A DNA stretch of 64,000 bases. Origin: Octopus sinensis (Eukaryota). The stretch spans positions 28,210,001 to 28,274,000 of the forward strand of contig NC_043020.1 in NCBI RefSeq assembly GCF_006345805.1. Direction: 5' to 3'. Shown piece by piece: positions 46,439-58,215 of this stretch. The notes beneath the pieces are model-generated. The model had not been told where the DNA came from and searched no databases. It saw only the letters and a program-made list of their open reading frames with translations. The translations under genes and the position numbers were made by a program. Positions within the stretch are counted from its first letter, which is position 1. Every line of letters starts with the position of its first letter.

Positions 46439-48624
46439 TACATATGTATGTGTGTGTATGCATGTGTACATAACAAGCAAAGTAGCTAGTTAAAAAATCT
46501 CTAGAAGAGATGAATGCATCATTTATACTGAGAAGTAATGTCTAATGCCACCTAAACACAGGTGTTCCCTAGCAACCGATGAACATGCTATTTTAACGCC
46601 AGCTGGTTATTCAGTGCACTCTGCACTTGATATATACGGCAAGCAGGGAGAGAACTCCCTACTATTTTAGTGGACAAGTATCCATCACTGAGGATGATTA
46701 TAAGAGGTTGAAACCCTGTGGTCTGGTGGTCTTACAAGACAATATTAACTTACAGGATGATATTAGCAACTAATGGCTTTTTAAAAAATCAGCCAGCAGA
46801 GAGCTCCACTTGTGGCAGCAGAATGACAGTTTAGTTTTCTTGTTCAGGGATGCAATTGGCTCTTGTAACATTTGTAGGGTCTCACAGAAACAAGGGCAAT
46901 AACTCTGCACTCCAGGCAAATAGGAAGAGATTTTGTTGATAATGCTCTACATTACATTCACTGGTGCTAGAGTTTCCAGATAAACAGGACAGGGATGTAG
47001 AGTTTTCCTTGTCACTGGACTTGAAAGAGAACATGTGTGGAATAAACCTTTTTGAAGTCATTGGCAGTAACCTGAGAATAGTATTGTGGGATACCATCAG
47101 ATGAAGGGATGTTGTTCTATCGAGTAATTCACCTTTAACCAATCAAGGGAAGCTACTCACAGTGATTCCCAGTTAATAGTAGTTAGCTGCTATAGTTATT
47201 AATAGTCCACTAAGAACCACCATTCATCATCATCATCATCATTTAGCGTCCGCTTTCCATGCTAGCATGGGTTGGACGGTTCAACTGAGGTCTGGGAAGC
47301 CAGAAGGCTGCACCAGGCCCAGTCTGATCTGGCAGTGTTTCTACGGCTGGATGCCCTTCCTAATGCCAACCACTCCGTGAGTGTAGTGGGTGCTTTTTAC
47401 GTGCCACCCACACAGGTGCCAGACGGGGCTGGCAAACGGCTACGGACGGATGGTGCTTTTTACATGCCACCGGCACGGGGGCCAGGCAAGGCTGGCAACG
47501 GCCACGATCGGATGGTGCTTTTTACGTGCCACCAGCACGGAGGCCAGTCGGGGCGGCACTGGCAACGGACACGGTTGGGTGGTGCTTTTTATGTGCCACT
47601 GGCACAGGGGCCAGTTGGGGTGGCGCTGGCAATGGACACGGTCGGGTGGTGCTTTTTACATGCCACCGGCATGGGGGCCAGTTCTTATACATAAACAAAA
47701 AAAGATAAGAATATGAACTGACATGGGTAAAGCTTTTTCAAGCTGGAATTAATTAAACACACGTTAACCATTTATAGTTCAAGCAAAGCTGTGTACATTT
47801 ATATTTGACACGCTCGTACACACTTAAATGTATGAAGCCATTTGTTGTGGGGATTATATCAGAAGAGAAATTCCCTTTATGTTTGAAAACATACCAGGCT
47901 GGACTATAAATGACCAGACACGTGTTTCTATAAACTACAGGACAAGTGTTTCTGCGTCTTTACACTTCATCGGTTACAGCTTGACAAATATGTGTTCCAT
48001 TGGCATTTTGTTAACGTTTTTTCTTAAAGTGGATACCTTCACTTCTGAGGGCATGAAGAGATTATTTCAGTGAACCTATTTATCATTTTACTCATGGTCA
48101 ATAGCTTTTCAAGAATTCAGTATAGGGTTTCGTTATTTCACAAAACCATTTATATCTCACTAGATAAGCTCAGCAGAGACCTGATACACACCCTCAGTCC
48201 CCTCTGCTTTATGATTACCCTAGATATAAGCCTGTCAATAGTAAATCCTTCAGATGACACACTAGGTATAGGTACCAGTTATTACAAATGATCCTGCATT
48301 ATTATTATTGTTGTTGTTGTTATGTGCAATAATTAGGTAAGTTTGGATATTTTACTGTTACCAAAAGGGCTGGAAAATGTTTTTTTTTTCATTTGGATTA
48401 CATAAAGCAGGATATTCTGAGAAAGTTGTTTGGAGTTTATTTTTCATTTAAATAAACAAGAAAGGTAAATCTTTTAATAGTTTTGTTTGTTTTTGTTTTT
48501 TTTTTTTTGTTTTTTCCTTGGACATTTATGAATATAGGTGTCTAAAACAACAGAAAGACATACCACAACATACAAAAAAAGACCATAAAATACATGGAAA
48601 ACGACAGCCATTTGCACCAAATTA

Positions 48625-49006
48625 CCGTATTTGATGGCATAATAAGACACACATTCTGTTTTTCGAAAACTTTAATAAAACAGAAATCATCCTAGGCCCT
48701 ATATTTGCCCCAACTTTGTCCCTGATGCTCACTACCTTAGGCTATTTTCATTTCTGTAATCATCTGGGATATTTTCATCATTCTGATTTCTTGCTTCATA
48801 GTCAATTGTAATGCTTACTTACTTTTCATAGACATCTTTTCTGCTATAAATGAGATACTTTTGTACTATTTTGTTATGTACTTTCTGGATTGTTTTAAAT
48901 ACTTGATGCTTTAATGCACAAAAAGAATTCTTTCTCTTTTAATACGTGCTGCTGAAATTGAAGCGCATCTAATATACTCGTGTGTCTTTTATGCCATCAA
49001 ATATGG
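48625..49006. mobile_element. pogo/Tc1-mariner-type MITE
   Basis: TA|CCGTATTTGATGGCATAATAAGACACAC ... GTGTGTCTTTTATGCCATCAAATATGG|TA; ~27-bp TIRs and TA TSD. Confidence 0.85.
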
Positions 49007-49399
49007 TAAATGGAAAGTTGTTTCTTATCATACGATAAATATGGCAAAAAAATTTTCACATTATGAAATCAAAAAAATAATGACTTTATTAGCGATAATG
49101 GTAACATACACACACAAGCTTCAACAAGTGAAGTGAGGAATTTCTTATTGTTTGTCTTCGTTTTTAAACATTACTAGTAACACTCAAAAATTGAACATGA
49201 GTATTTTCACACAAATGAGGTCAGTATGGCAAAGCTGCATAACCAAAGATAATGCTGTTCTCCCTGACCCTATTATTAAGGAGCAAAGAAGAAAAATAAA
49301 TTATCTATATCAGTCTTGTTAGGAACATGGAAGCTTTTTTTCTGATAGGGAGTTTGGGTGCCTGGCCATTGGATGCTGGGACTGGACATAAAGTGACTT

Positions 49400-49760
49400 C
49401 CTTCACTATAGCCGGTGGTTTTTTTGGAGACAGAGTAAATTATATGAGTCTCTAAGCACGGGGTCAGGACGAAGTGAGCAAACTGCATGAGCAGTTGTGA
49501 TGTACAACTGCCTATACAATTTGGAATGACAAAATACGAGAGTCAGAGTCAAGGATATATGTAATGGCATTGATTCTGACTCATTGTCATCATTGTGCTG
49601 TGTGGACCTGAGAATGTTCTGGGGGCCATGAAAAATGCCATGTGGCCGGGTGGAATTTCAGTGGATATACAAGTCCTCATCAGCCGGAAGATCACAAAAC
49701 AACCCCAAAACTGTTCCTCATTGAGGTTGCAGAAAGAAGGGTGATAAGAGACTGCCAGTG
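49400..49760 (+). pseudogene. Possible highly degenerate Tc1-like transposase relic
   Basis: Fragments SESR..., VW and MWPGGISVD resemble the Tc1 FSDESRF / VWR / MVWGGIS order, but there are many stops. Confidence 0.25.
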
Positions 49761-49828
49761 AAGGAAGCTTAGTTGTTGTATATAAATGTATGTATACACA
49801 CACTCACATATATGTATACATACATACC

Positions 49829-49868
<40 letters not shown>

Positions 49869-52800
49869 TATATATAAACATACATGCATACACACACACA
49901 TATATATATATGTATAAAGTATGTATGTATATGTATATTGATATATATCAACATATATCCATATATCTATGTATGCATGTATATATTTATATACATGTGT
50001 GTGTTTGTGTGTGTGTATGTGTGTGTAAAAAGCATTTGAAAGTTTTTTATTCGCATGAAGAGCAATGCCAAAATGGAAGGAAACAAGAAAACAAACCACT
50101 GGATACAAGTTTCCAAGAATTCTGCTTCTCTTTAAGTCTTCCCAGTCAAAGTTATGAAATTCCCAGAAGAGAACATCATGCTCTTAGTGCCAAGGGTCAG
50201 TCAAGGGAACAAAGGATCCCTTACTCTGGCCATGACTAACGTTAACAGGTATCAAGGGGATAGCAAAAGAACTTTGTCTGATGCAGCCACAGCAACAGCA
50301 GACCCTGTCCCACAGAGCCCCACCCCTCATGGTTCAGGATACCGTGAAGTAATTCGCTTTGTACCCAGTCATAGCAACCAATAACCAGGCACCCTGTCTC
50401 TCTTTTATAGCCAGCTGTGTCTCTTCATTCATCTCATGACGAGGCGTGGGTGATGGAAACTGTAAATTGTTTCCAAATTGTTTGAAAGGGTATGTAGAGC
50501 AGCAAAAAAGATAAAGAAGAACCCCACCCCCTAAAATGAAGGGCAAATCCAAGCAGAAGGTGATCAGAAGGGTGATTAGGGCCTCTTTCTTCAGGACAAT
50601 GACAATGAAAGTGATATGAGATTCATGGGCCTTCAAAAGCCGAACTATGCGTCTGAATAAAAGACATGGTGTGTCGAATATTGCTTTCATTGACCATGTA
50701 ATTCATGGAAACTTAATTAGGATCCGAATACAGAAGCAGCACTTAATTAAGTGAGAAGCTCTTAATTAAAACAAGATCGCAATAATGCCAAATGCTGAAG
50801 CAGAACTATAACAGAGAATGTGGATTGTTTCTTTTCTCATTCTATTCAGATGCTGTTGAGTGCCACCGGGTGCATTTGGGCCATCAAGGATTGCTTCAAT
50901 TCAACTCATCATTCTAACCTCTGGGTTTTCACCCATTGTATGAATGAACACTCTGAAATGCTTCCATTTCTGACCGGATATTTTCACACCCTTTTCGTAC
51001 CAACCTGCCTGAATCTGCCCATATTTCTATGATACAAACTTCCTGTTTTAAAACAATCTAAAAAAAAACCCTTCCTTCAAAATTTTGTGTTAATTTATGT
51101 TCCAAACACCAACTTAATAATAGCAAAGTTATTTTAATAAATTCAGCGTTATTCTCAAAATTAATTGGAAAATAAAGCAGTGTATTTCAAAAGAAATACA
51201 GTAACAGGGTAAATAAACTTAATAACTGATGGCCATAAACCGCAAAAAGTCATTTGTAATCTGTCTCAGTCACTTTGTGTCAAAGCGATATCGCTTTCTG
51301 CTTGTTTCACAATTTTCGTATGTGATTCAGAAATATGAAACCCTAAGGGAATAAAAAAAATATTTGAACTTGTAATAAAGCAGTTCTCAACCATGTACTC
51401 TCTCTCTCTCTCCTGAATTTTCATCTTTGACCATCTTCATAGCAAAACTTATTATATTTACATACATATAATATATTATTGTCATACGCAGTGTCTCATC
51501 AACATCTTCTGCCACTCACATCGTCAGCAGTCATTATGATTTCTCTTTGAGCAAAACTCCCACAATACAGATGACTGATTGTATAAAACATGCATTTCTA
51601 ACCATACCCCCCATCATTGTTACATGCTGGGTGGGGGTAAGCCCCTATAGTTTATTTTCATTTCTTTAAGCTTGTTTTACGTTTATTTTTCCATGTTTAC
51701 ATAGGAGGGGATTTTGAAATTGCTCTTTAAAAGAAAAAAAATCTGTTATGTGCAGCGAAAGAAGTATTAGATTAAAATAGCTATCTGTGTATTACACTTA
51801 ATGTAATGCTGCTTCCGTTGCATTTAACGGATTTTTATTCTTCAACCGGGCAACTAATTTCAACAACAGTGATTCTTCAGTCACAATTTTCCGACATCAG
51901 TAGCGACGGAGTTTGTCTTAACATGCGATCAGCAGAGGGTACATACTACTGACGAATCCTAACGAAGCATGAATGCGCATCTAGCATTCCCACACCCACT
52001 GCTGGATGCTCTTAGTCTGCTTCTGATATATATTTGCGTTTTTAAACATAGTACGTCCAAAAGAGACACTTCTCCGGACGTATACTGCAGTCAATTTGTT
52101 ATTTTTTAAAAATGTTATTTATATAACTGCTTTCTGTTTGTTTTTATTTTTACACAATGAGTTGCTTCCCTTGCTAGCACTAACAAGAACAATTTTCTAT
52201 CCATTTTTTAAATTATTTTTCCTTTTTGTCAGTCAGTCAAGCAAGTTAAAGCGAGCAGAACTGTGAACATTGTTCAGGTGTACAACACAAAAACGACACC
52301 TTAACTTCACAGACAGTTGGGAGTTTTTAATTTTTATTGTGGGACATTTAGCAACTGCCAGCCATAAATAGGACATAAATAGGACATGTTAAACAGCTAC
52401 TCGGTTTTTAGATAAATTCGTTCGTTTTATTTTTTGTTCCTCCCCCCTCTTTTGTTTTAATCCCTCTCCAATTTTTCTTGAATTAACCCGAAAAATATTT
52501 TTTATTGTAGTGTTTTATGAAAGGTTTTTCGTAGCTCTGCTCTTACTCTACAATTTTTGTTCATCGTTTTAGAAATTTTAATAAACTTTGCCCCTTTTTA
52601 GACATAAGACGATGGAGTGCCTAGTAGAGAAAAAAGAAAAACGAACGAATTTATCGGACAACCCAACACATGCCGGCCGAGTCATAGAAGCCGTCTTTTA
52701 GTAAAAGACCGTAAGAAATTTGAAAAAATTTTTCTTTAAAATAATTTTTTTTAGAAGAAAAATACAGTGCTCCAGCATGGGCATAGTACGATTAAAAATT

Positions 52801-53316
52801 GTACTATGTAATTAGTACAAAAACAAAGAATTAACTCGCGCACGTGTGTGTGTGTATATATATTTGTGTGTGAATGTGTGCGTGCGTGCGTGTATGTGTG
52901 CGTGTTTAGAGGGTAAGAAAGACAGATTCAGACAGATAGGGACCGGGATATGCTTATATACACCCCCATCATTGTGGTCGTCATCATCGTTCTAATCGTC
53001 GTTGTCGTGGTCGCCGCTGCCGCCGCCGCCATCATCATCGTCGTCATCATCATCAGCATCATAAGATAGTTGTGAATGCGTGTATGTATATTTGTTATTA
53101 ACTGCATGTGTGAGTGCGTATAATAATCATATGTATCATATATATATAATAATGATAATATATATATATATATTACTTTATAAATCATATATTTATATTT
53201 ATAATTATATATATTATACATGATATATATCATATATTATTTTATATATACATATATATTTAATTACATATTTTTTACACATATATTATACTTATATACA
53301 CACATACATATAATAA

Positions 53317-53368
<52 letters not shown>

Positions 53369-53378
53369 AATCTATGTG

Positions 53379-53412
<34 letters not shown>

Positions 53413-53532
53413 TATATATATATATATGTATGTATATATATATGTGTGTATGTGTATGTATGTATATATGTATATAAAAATCTACAACGTTCTTTCGCTT
53501 CTCTTCTCTGTTTCTATTCCAAGATTTTGCCG

Positions 53533-53654
53533 TCAGTTCTGAGAGTTAGCATCTGGTTGTGAATCCACGCAAGGAGTAGAGGTGAGATCGATACTAGCGA
53601 TGGGCAGAGAGGTTGGCACTTTACGGGGTTTGTTTTCTTTAGCGGCACATACAT
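53533..53654 (-). CDS. BCL10: BCL10-like terminal exon ([40 protein letters not shown])
   Basis: Acceptor cttctctcattgcag|; the phase-1 start fits the CARD exon; TGA at 53535..53533; S/T/P-rich tail. Confidence 0.7.
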
Positions 53655-54146
53655 CTGCAATGAGAGAAGAGGCACAAGAGTATAGAACAATGGTTTTAAT
53701 AGCAGAGATCTTCTATATATGGATTTCAAATTTTAGTAGAAGGCCAACAGGTTCGGGGAAGAGGGTAAGTTGATTACATAGACCTCAGTAGTCAACTGGT
53801 ACTTATTTTATCGACTACGAAAGGATTACAGGTAAAGTCGACCTCGGCATAATTCGAACTCAGGACGTGTGTATATAAGAAAAAAAAATTAGGGTTAGGG
53901 TTAGGTTGAGGGTTAGTGACAGGATGTTGTCTCAGTTTTAGATGCAGCAAATGATTTTAGCTCAATAGAGGCCATAGGATTGGTTAAAATTCGAAAAATT
54001 AAACTACGTTAAACTTACAAATTACAATTTTCTCAAGAAAGCCAAGAGAAAAAAATGTTTTATTTTGACACATTCTACCAGTATACGAAGTTTTAAAGTG
54101 TTTAGTTAACTAGAAATTGTCTGCCGTTCAAAAGGAAAAGATCCGT

Positions 54147-54182
<36 letters not shown>

Positions 54183-54375
54183 TTGTGTGTAGGAAGAGCC
54201 ATTCTGTTTTAGTGCGTTATTATTTAACACACTCACCGGTAGATTTTCCACTCATTTACTTATTTATTTTTCCTAAAATTTTCGTTGCGTCTTGCAACCT
54301 TTTCAATAGTCGTTGACTCTTTACTACTGAAAAGGTTGCAAGGCGCAAAGAAAATTTTAGGAAAAATAAATAAGT

Positions 54376-55060
54376 ACACACATACATACATACATACATA
54401 CACACACACATACATACACACACATACTATACATACACGCATCCATCCATTCATACATGCATACGTACATACATACATACATACACACACACACATATAT
54501 CCATCCATACATACATACATACGTACATACATACATACATATACACACACATACATACAATACATACACACATCCATCCATCCATACATACATACGTACC
54601 TACATACATACGTACGTACATACATACACACACATACATACACACATCCATCCATACATGCATACATACATACATATATACATACATACATACATACATA
54701 CATACACACATACATACATACATACATACACACACACATACTACATACATCATACATACATACATACATACATACATACACACACCATACATACATACGT
54801 ACATACATACATACTACATACATACATACCTACATACATACATTCATACATACATACATACATTCATACTACATACATACGTACATACATACATACATAC
54901 ATACATACAAACATACATACATACCATACATACATACATACATACACATACATACATACATACTACATACATACATCATACATACATACTACATACATCA
55001 TACATACATACATACACACACATACATACATACATCATACATACATACATACACACACAC

Positions 55061-55095
<35 letters not shown>

Positions 55096-55327
55096 TACAT
55101 ACATACATACATACTACATACATTCATACATACATACATACATGCATACATACTACATACATACATACATACATACATACATACACAACACACATACATA
55201 CATACATACCATACATACATACATACACACACACAATACATACACATACATACATACATTCATACATACATACATACATACATACATACATACATACATA
55301 CATACATACATACACATGCATACATAC
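54376..55327. repeat. ~950-bp (CATA)n tract abutting the BCL10-like CARD exon donor
   Basis: Seen directly. Confidence 0.97.
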
Positions 55328-55607
55328 CTAACAGGAAATGCTTCCTCATGTCAAACTTCTGTTTTAAGCGCTCCAGTAGGAACTGTTGTGTGTCTTCGTG
55401 TTGAAGGGCATCACAGAGGTAATCAAACGAACTTGGTCCTTTCGAAATGATAATCTCCAACAATTTGTCCGCTTTCTCTTTGTCCGATGCTTCTTTTTCA
55501 ATAACATCGCAGTTCTCTTTGGTCAGAACCCCTATCTCTTGGAGGAAGCTGTAATGGTTCGCTGCCTTTAGGTGTTGGCTGATGTAATCTTTGTCTGACT
55601 GCAATAT
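55328..55607 (-). CDS. BCL10: BCL10-like CARD exon (ILQSDKDYISQHLKAANHYSFLQEIGVLTKENCDVIEKEASDKEKADKLLEIIISKGPSSFDYLCDALQHEDTQQFLLERLKQKFDMRKHFLL)
   Basis: Acceptor ctcctttccaag|, donor TTAG|gtatgt; 280 nt; phase 0-1. The six-helix CARD pattern is present. H..FL....VL..E....I.......KA.KLL......G...L..AL..E.TQ.FL matches the recalled BCL10 CARD (RREKTQNFLIQKI). Confidence 0.75.
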
Positions 55608-56149
55608 CTTGGAAAGGAGAAGAATTCAAAATATAATACATATATATTTCTTTACTGCCCACAAGGGACTACACACAGAGGGAACAAACAATGACAGACA
55701 AAGGGATTAAGTTGATTACATCAATCCCAGTGCGTAACTGGTACTTTATTTATCGAACCCGAAAGGATGAAAGGCAAAGTCGACCTCGGCGGAATTTGAA
55801 CTCACAACGTAACGCAGACGAAATACCGCTAAGCATTTCGCCCGGCGCGCTAACGTGTCTGCCAGCTCGCCATAAAGCTACAGGATACAGAGAGAGAGAG
55901 AGAGAGAGAGAGAAAGAAAGACAGACAAGGACAGGTTTCCTTCAATTTTCGACTACCAAATCCATTCACAAGGTTTTAATCAGTTCCGCGGCTATAATCA
56001 TCGCACAAGTTCATACATTATTTCCGTAAACTCAGGAAGCTACCACAACCATCCCATCAGCAATAATCATCATCTTCTTCACAATATGTGTACCCTTTAA
56101 AAAGAACCAGCTTTTGCTATTTGAATTTATTTTACATCGTGTACACCCA

Positions 56150-56835
56150 GATTGGAACTTTTACTGTGCTTTGCACCAGAGAACATTATGGATTATCTGA
56201 AGACAAAACATATTGCCAATGAAATAACGTGTGCTTGCACACATTCGATGGATTTTCAAAATTCTAGCCGTTCTATCGACGAGTTTGTCAATAGAAAGGG
56301 CGCTAAATGTAAAAAAAAAAAAAACTCTTTCCATCAGGAAAGGTACATTTACAGAAAACTCTAAGCTGCCATTATATGTAATTTTTTATTTAATGTTTGA
56401 TTTTATTTTCGAATTGCCTGTGACGATATCTGCAAGAATGAACTGCATTGATATCAAAATTGCCGTTCAGTGGGGCCAGTTCTGTAGAGATGTTTGTTTG
56501 GCAAAACTGCTGCGGGACAAAACTCCCATTGGTGGTCCGGATCATACAGTGGAGATCGATGAAAGCTTGTTCTTCAATAGCAAGAACAATGTAGGAAGAA
56601 TGTGTCGCAAAATTTGGATTGTCGGATGTTATGACACCACAACGGGAAAAGGATTTCTTCAATGTGTAACCGATAGGAGTACAGAGACGTTGTAGAATGT
56701 TTTCAGACAAAATGTTCTTCCAGGAACTACTGTTATGACTGACAATTTGGCAAGCTATTATAATCTCCACATACTCGGTTACATTCACCCCCATACGGTA
56801 AATCATTCCCCAAATTTCGTAGATCGGTCACCGGG
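56150..56835 (+). pseudogene. Merlin / IS1595 (ISXO2-like) DDE transposase fragment
   Basis: QFCRDVC...IGGPDHTVEIDESLF...GR...WIVG.YD..TGKGFL..V.DRS.ETL* then LPGTTVMTD...Y...GYIH.TVNHS.NFVD. There is an in-frame stop at 56693..56695 and frameshifts. Confidence 0.85.
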
Positions 56836-57417
56836 GCATGTACAGATTGGCGGAAGTAAAGATCATGGACCGCACCACCTTTGAGATATTTTTTGGGTTT
56901 TATTTTTACATGAACACACTACATCGAGGGCGGAGATTCCGAATCTGCAAAAAAATCTACATTTCAAAATTTATATTGTACAGGCAAAAAAAACAAAAAT
57001 ACGTAAAAGGCGCAGGAGTGGCTGTGTGGTAAGTAGCTTGTTTACTAACCACATGGTTCCTGGTTCAGTCCCACTGCGTGGCACCTTGACCAAGTGTCTT
57101 CTGCTATAGCCTCAGGCCGACCAATGTCTTGTGAGTGGATTTGGTAGACGGAAACTGAAAGAAACCCGTCGTATATATATGTATATATATATATGTGTGT
57201 GTGTGTATATATATATATATGCAAAATAAGAATATGGAAGAATAGATTTCTTTCAATTATCAACTACCAGATAATACCAATTCATATAATTTATTAACTA
57301 ATTATTTAGATTAAATAGGAACATCCAAATCCAACAGAATAATTACTGGCAGTATATTGGATAAATGATATCCCATAGTGGGTTACACTCATAACCCCTA
57401 TCTCACTTTATACTTGT

Positions 57418-57459
<42 letters not shown>

Positions 57460-57486
57460 TTTATTTAAAGCAGCAGAAAATTCAGC

Positions 57487-57534
57487 AAAACCTGTTACTC
57501 TGAGTTTCCCGTTGCCGTTCATCGGACAGTTTTT
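57487..57534 (-). ncRNA. Mirror-copy hammerhead motif in the left arm of the palindrome
   Basis: The - strand reads AAAAACTGT-CCGATGA-ACG-GCAA-CGG-GAAA-CTCAGA-GTA-ACAGGTTTT. It is the same motif with an A.G mismatch at the base of stem II. Confidence 0.55.
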
Positions 57535-57550
57535 GCTAGAATTTCTAGTA

Positions 57551-57597
57551 AAAACTGTCCGATGAACGGCAACGTGAAACTCAGAGTAACAGGTTTT
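57551..57597 (+). ncRNA. Minimal type I hammerhead ribozyme motif, U4C core
   Basis: AAAACTGT-CCGATGA-ACG-GCAA-CGT-GAAA-CTCAGA-GTA-ACAGGTTTT. Stem I is CTGT/ACAG plus AAAA/TTTT, stem II has a GNRA loop, and the GUA site is after 57588. Confidence 0.7.
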
Positions 57598-57696
57598 GTT
57601 GAATTTGCAGCTGCTTTAAATAAAGCATATTACTCTACCACTGGTATTTGAGTACTCTTTTTTCCACCTTGTTTCACATTTATGTGTTTACTCCGG

Positions 57697-57731
<35 letters not shown>

Positions 57732-57939
57732 GCTTGGGTGTCTGTTTGCCCCGCCCCCGCCCCCAACATCGCTTGACAACCGATGCTGTTGTGTTTATGT
57801 CCCCGTAACTTAGCGGTTCGGCAAAATAGATCAATAGAATAAGCACTAGGCTTACAAAGAATAAGTCCTGGGGGATCGATTTGCTCGACTAAAGGCGGCG
57901 CTCCAGCACGGCCGCAGTCACATGACTCAAACAAACAAG

Positions 57940-58070
57940 AGAGTAAAAGCGAGAGACAAACCACGCCTTCGCTCACTCTCCCTCTCCACGTGAGATCGAA
58001 CGGTCCTTGTTGCTCCGCTTCAAATTTCGGCGCCAAAAATCGCTAAAGGTAAGTGTAAACACTCGATGCC
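57940..58070. promoter_or_regulatory. CpG-rich promoter-like patch with E-box, E2F-like site and a + strand splice donor
   Basis: CACGTG at 57987..57992, TTTCGGCGCCAAAA at 58025..58038, AAAG|GTAAGT at 58048/58049. Confidence 0.4.
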
Positions 58071-58194
58071 ACCTCCAGACTGTTCTGCAGCATCAGGGCT
58101 TATATATCCTCTGATATATATACCCAGTAATTTTAGCAGGTATGTAAAAGATGTTGTTTTCATTCACTTCGATTTGTTTCACACAAACACTAAC

Positions 58195-58215
58195 AGGGTT
58201 TTGTTGTCCGGACAT
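58195..58215 (-). CDS. BCL10: Candidate first coding exon of the BCL10-like gene (MSGQQNP)
   Basis: gcaacgATG context, phase-0 donor CCT|gttagt. An alternative phase-0 donor GAA|gtgaat lies 27 nt further on. No better candidate was seen between 55610 and 58600. Confidence 0.35.

Larger units (their letters stand above)
57459..57625. repeat. 167-bp near-perfect palindrome
   Basis: 82-bp arms with 5 mismatches and a 3-nt centre (GCTAGA-ATT-TCTAGT). Confidence 0.97.
57007..57950 (+). mobile_element. SINE family A split by nested Penelope-like insertions
   Basis: 5' half 57007-57220; 3' half about 57715-57950. Inserts lie at 57222-57418 and 57459-57710 inside the central microsatellite. Confidence 0.8.

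Noticed and set aside
50850-50937. Isolated + strand exon-like segment (ttctattcag|ATGCTG...CATT|gtatga)
   Set aside because: No partner exons or recognisable protein; it cannot be told from a chance splice-site pair in AT-rich DNA.
54285-55404. 348-aa and 315-aa HTYI-repeat ORFs
   Set aside because: (CATA)n microsatellite.
57680-58036. 118-aa ORF MAPKFEAEQQ... as BCL10-like exon 1
   Set aside because: It starts at TTG, not ATG, and most of it is SINE A sequence.
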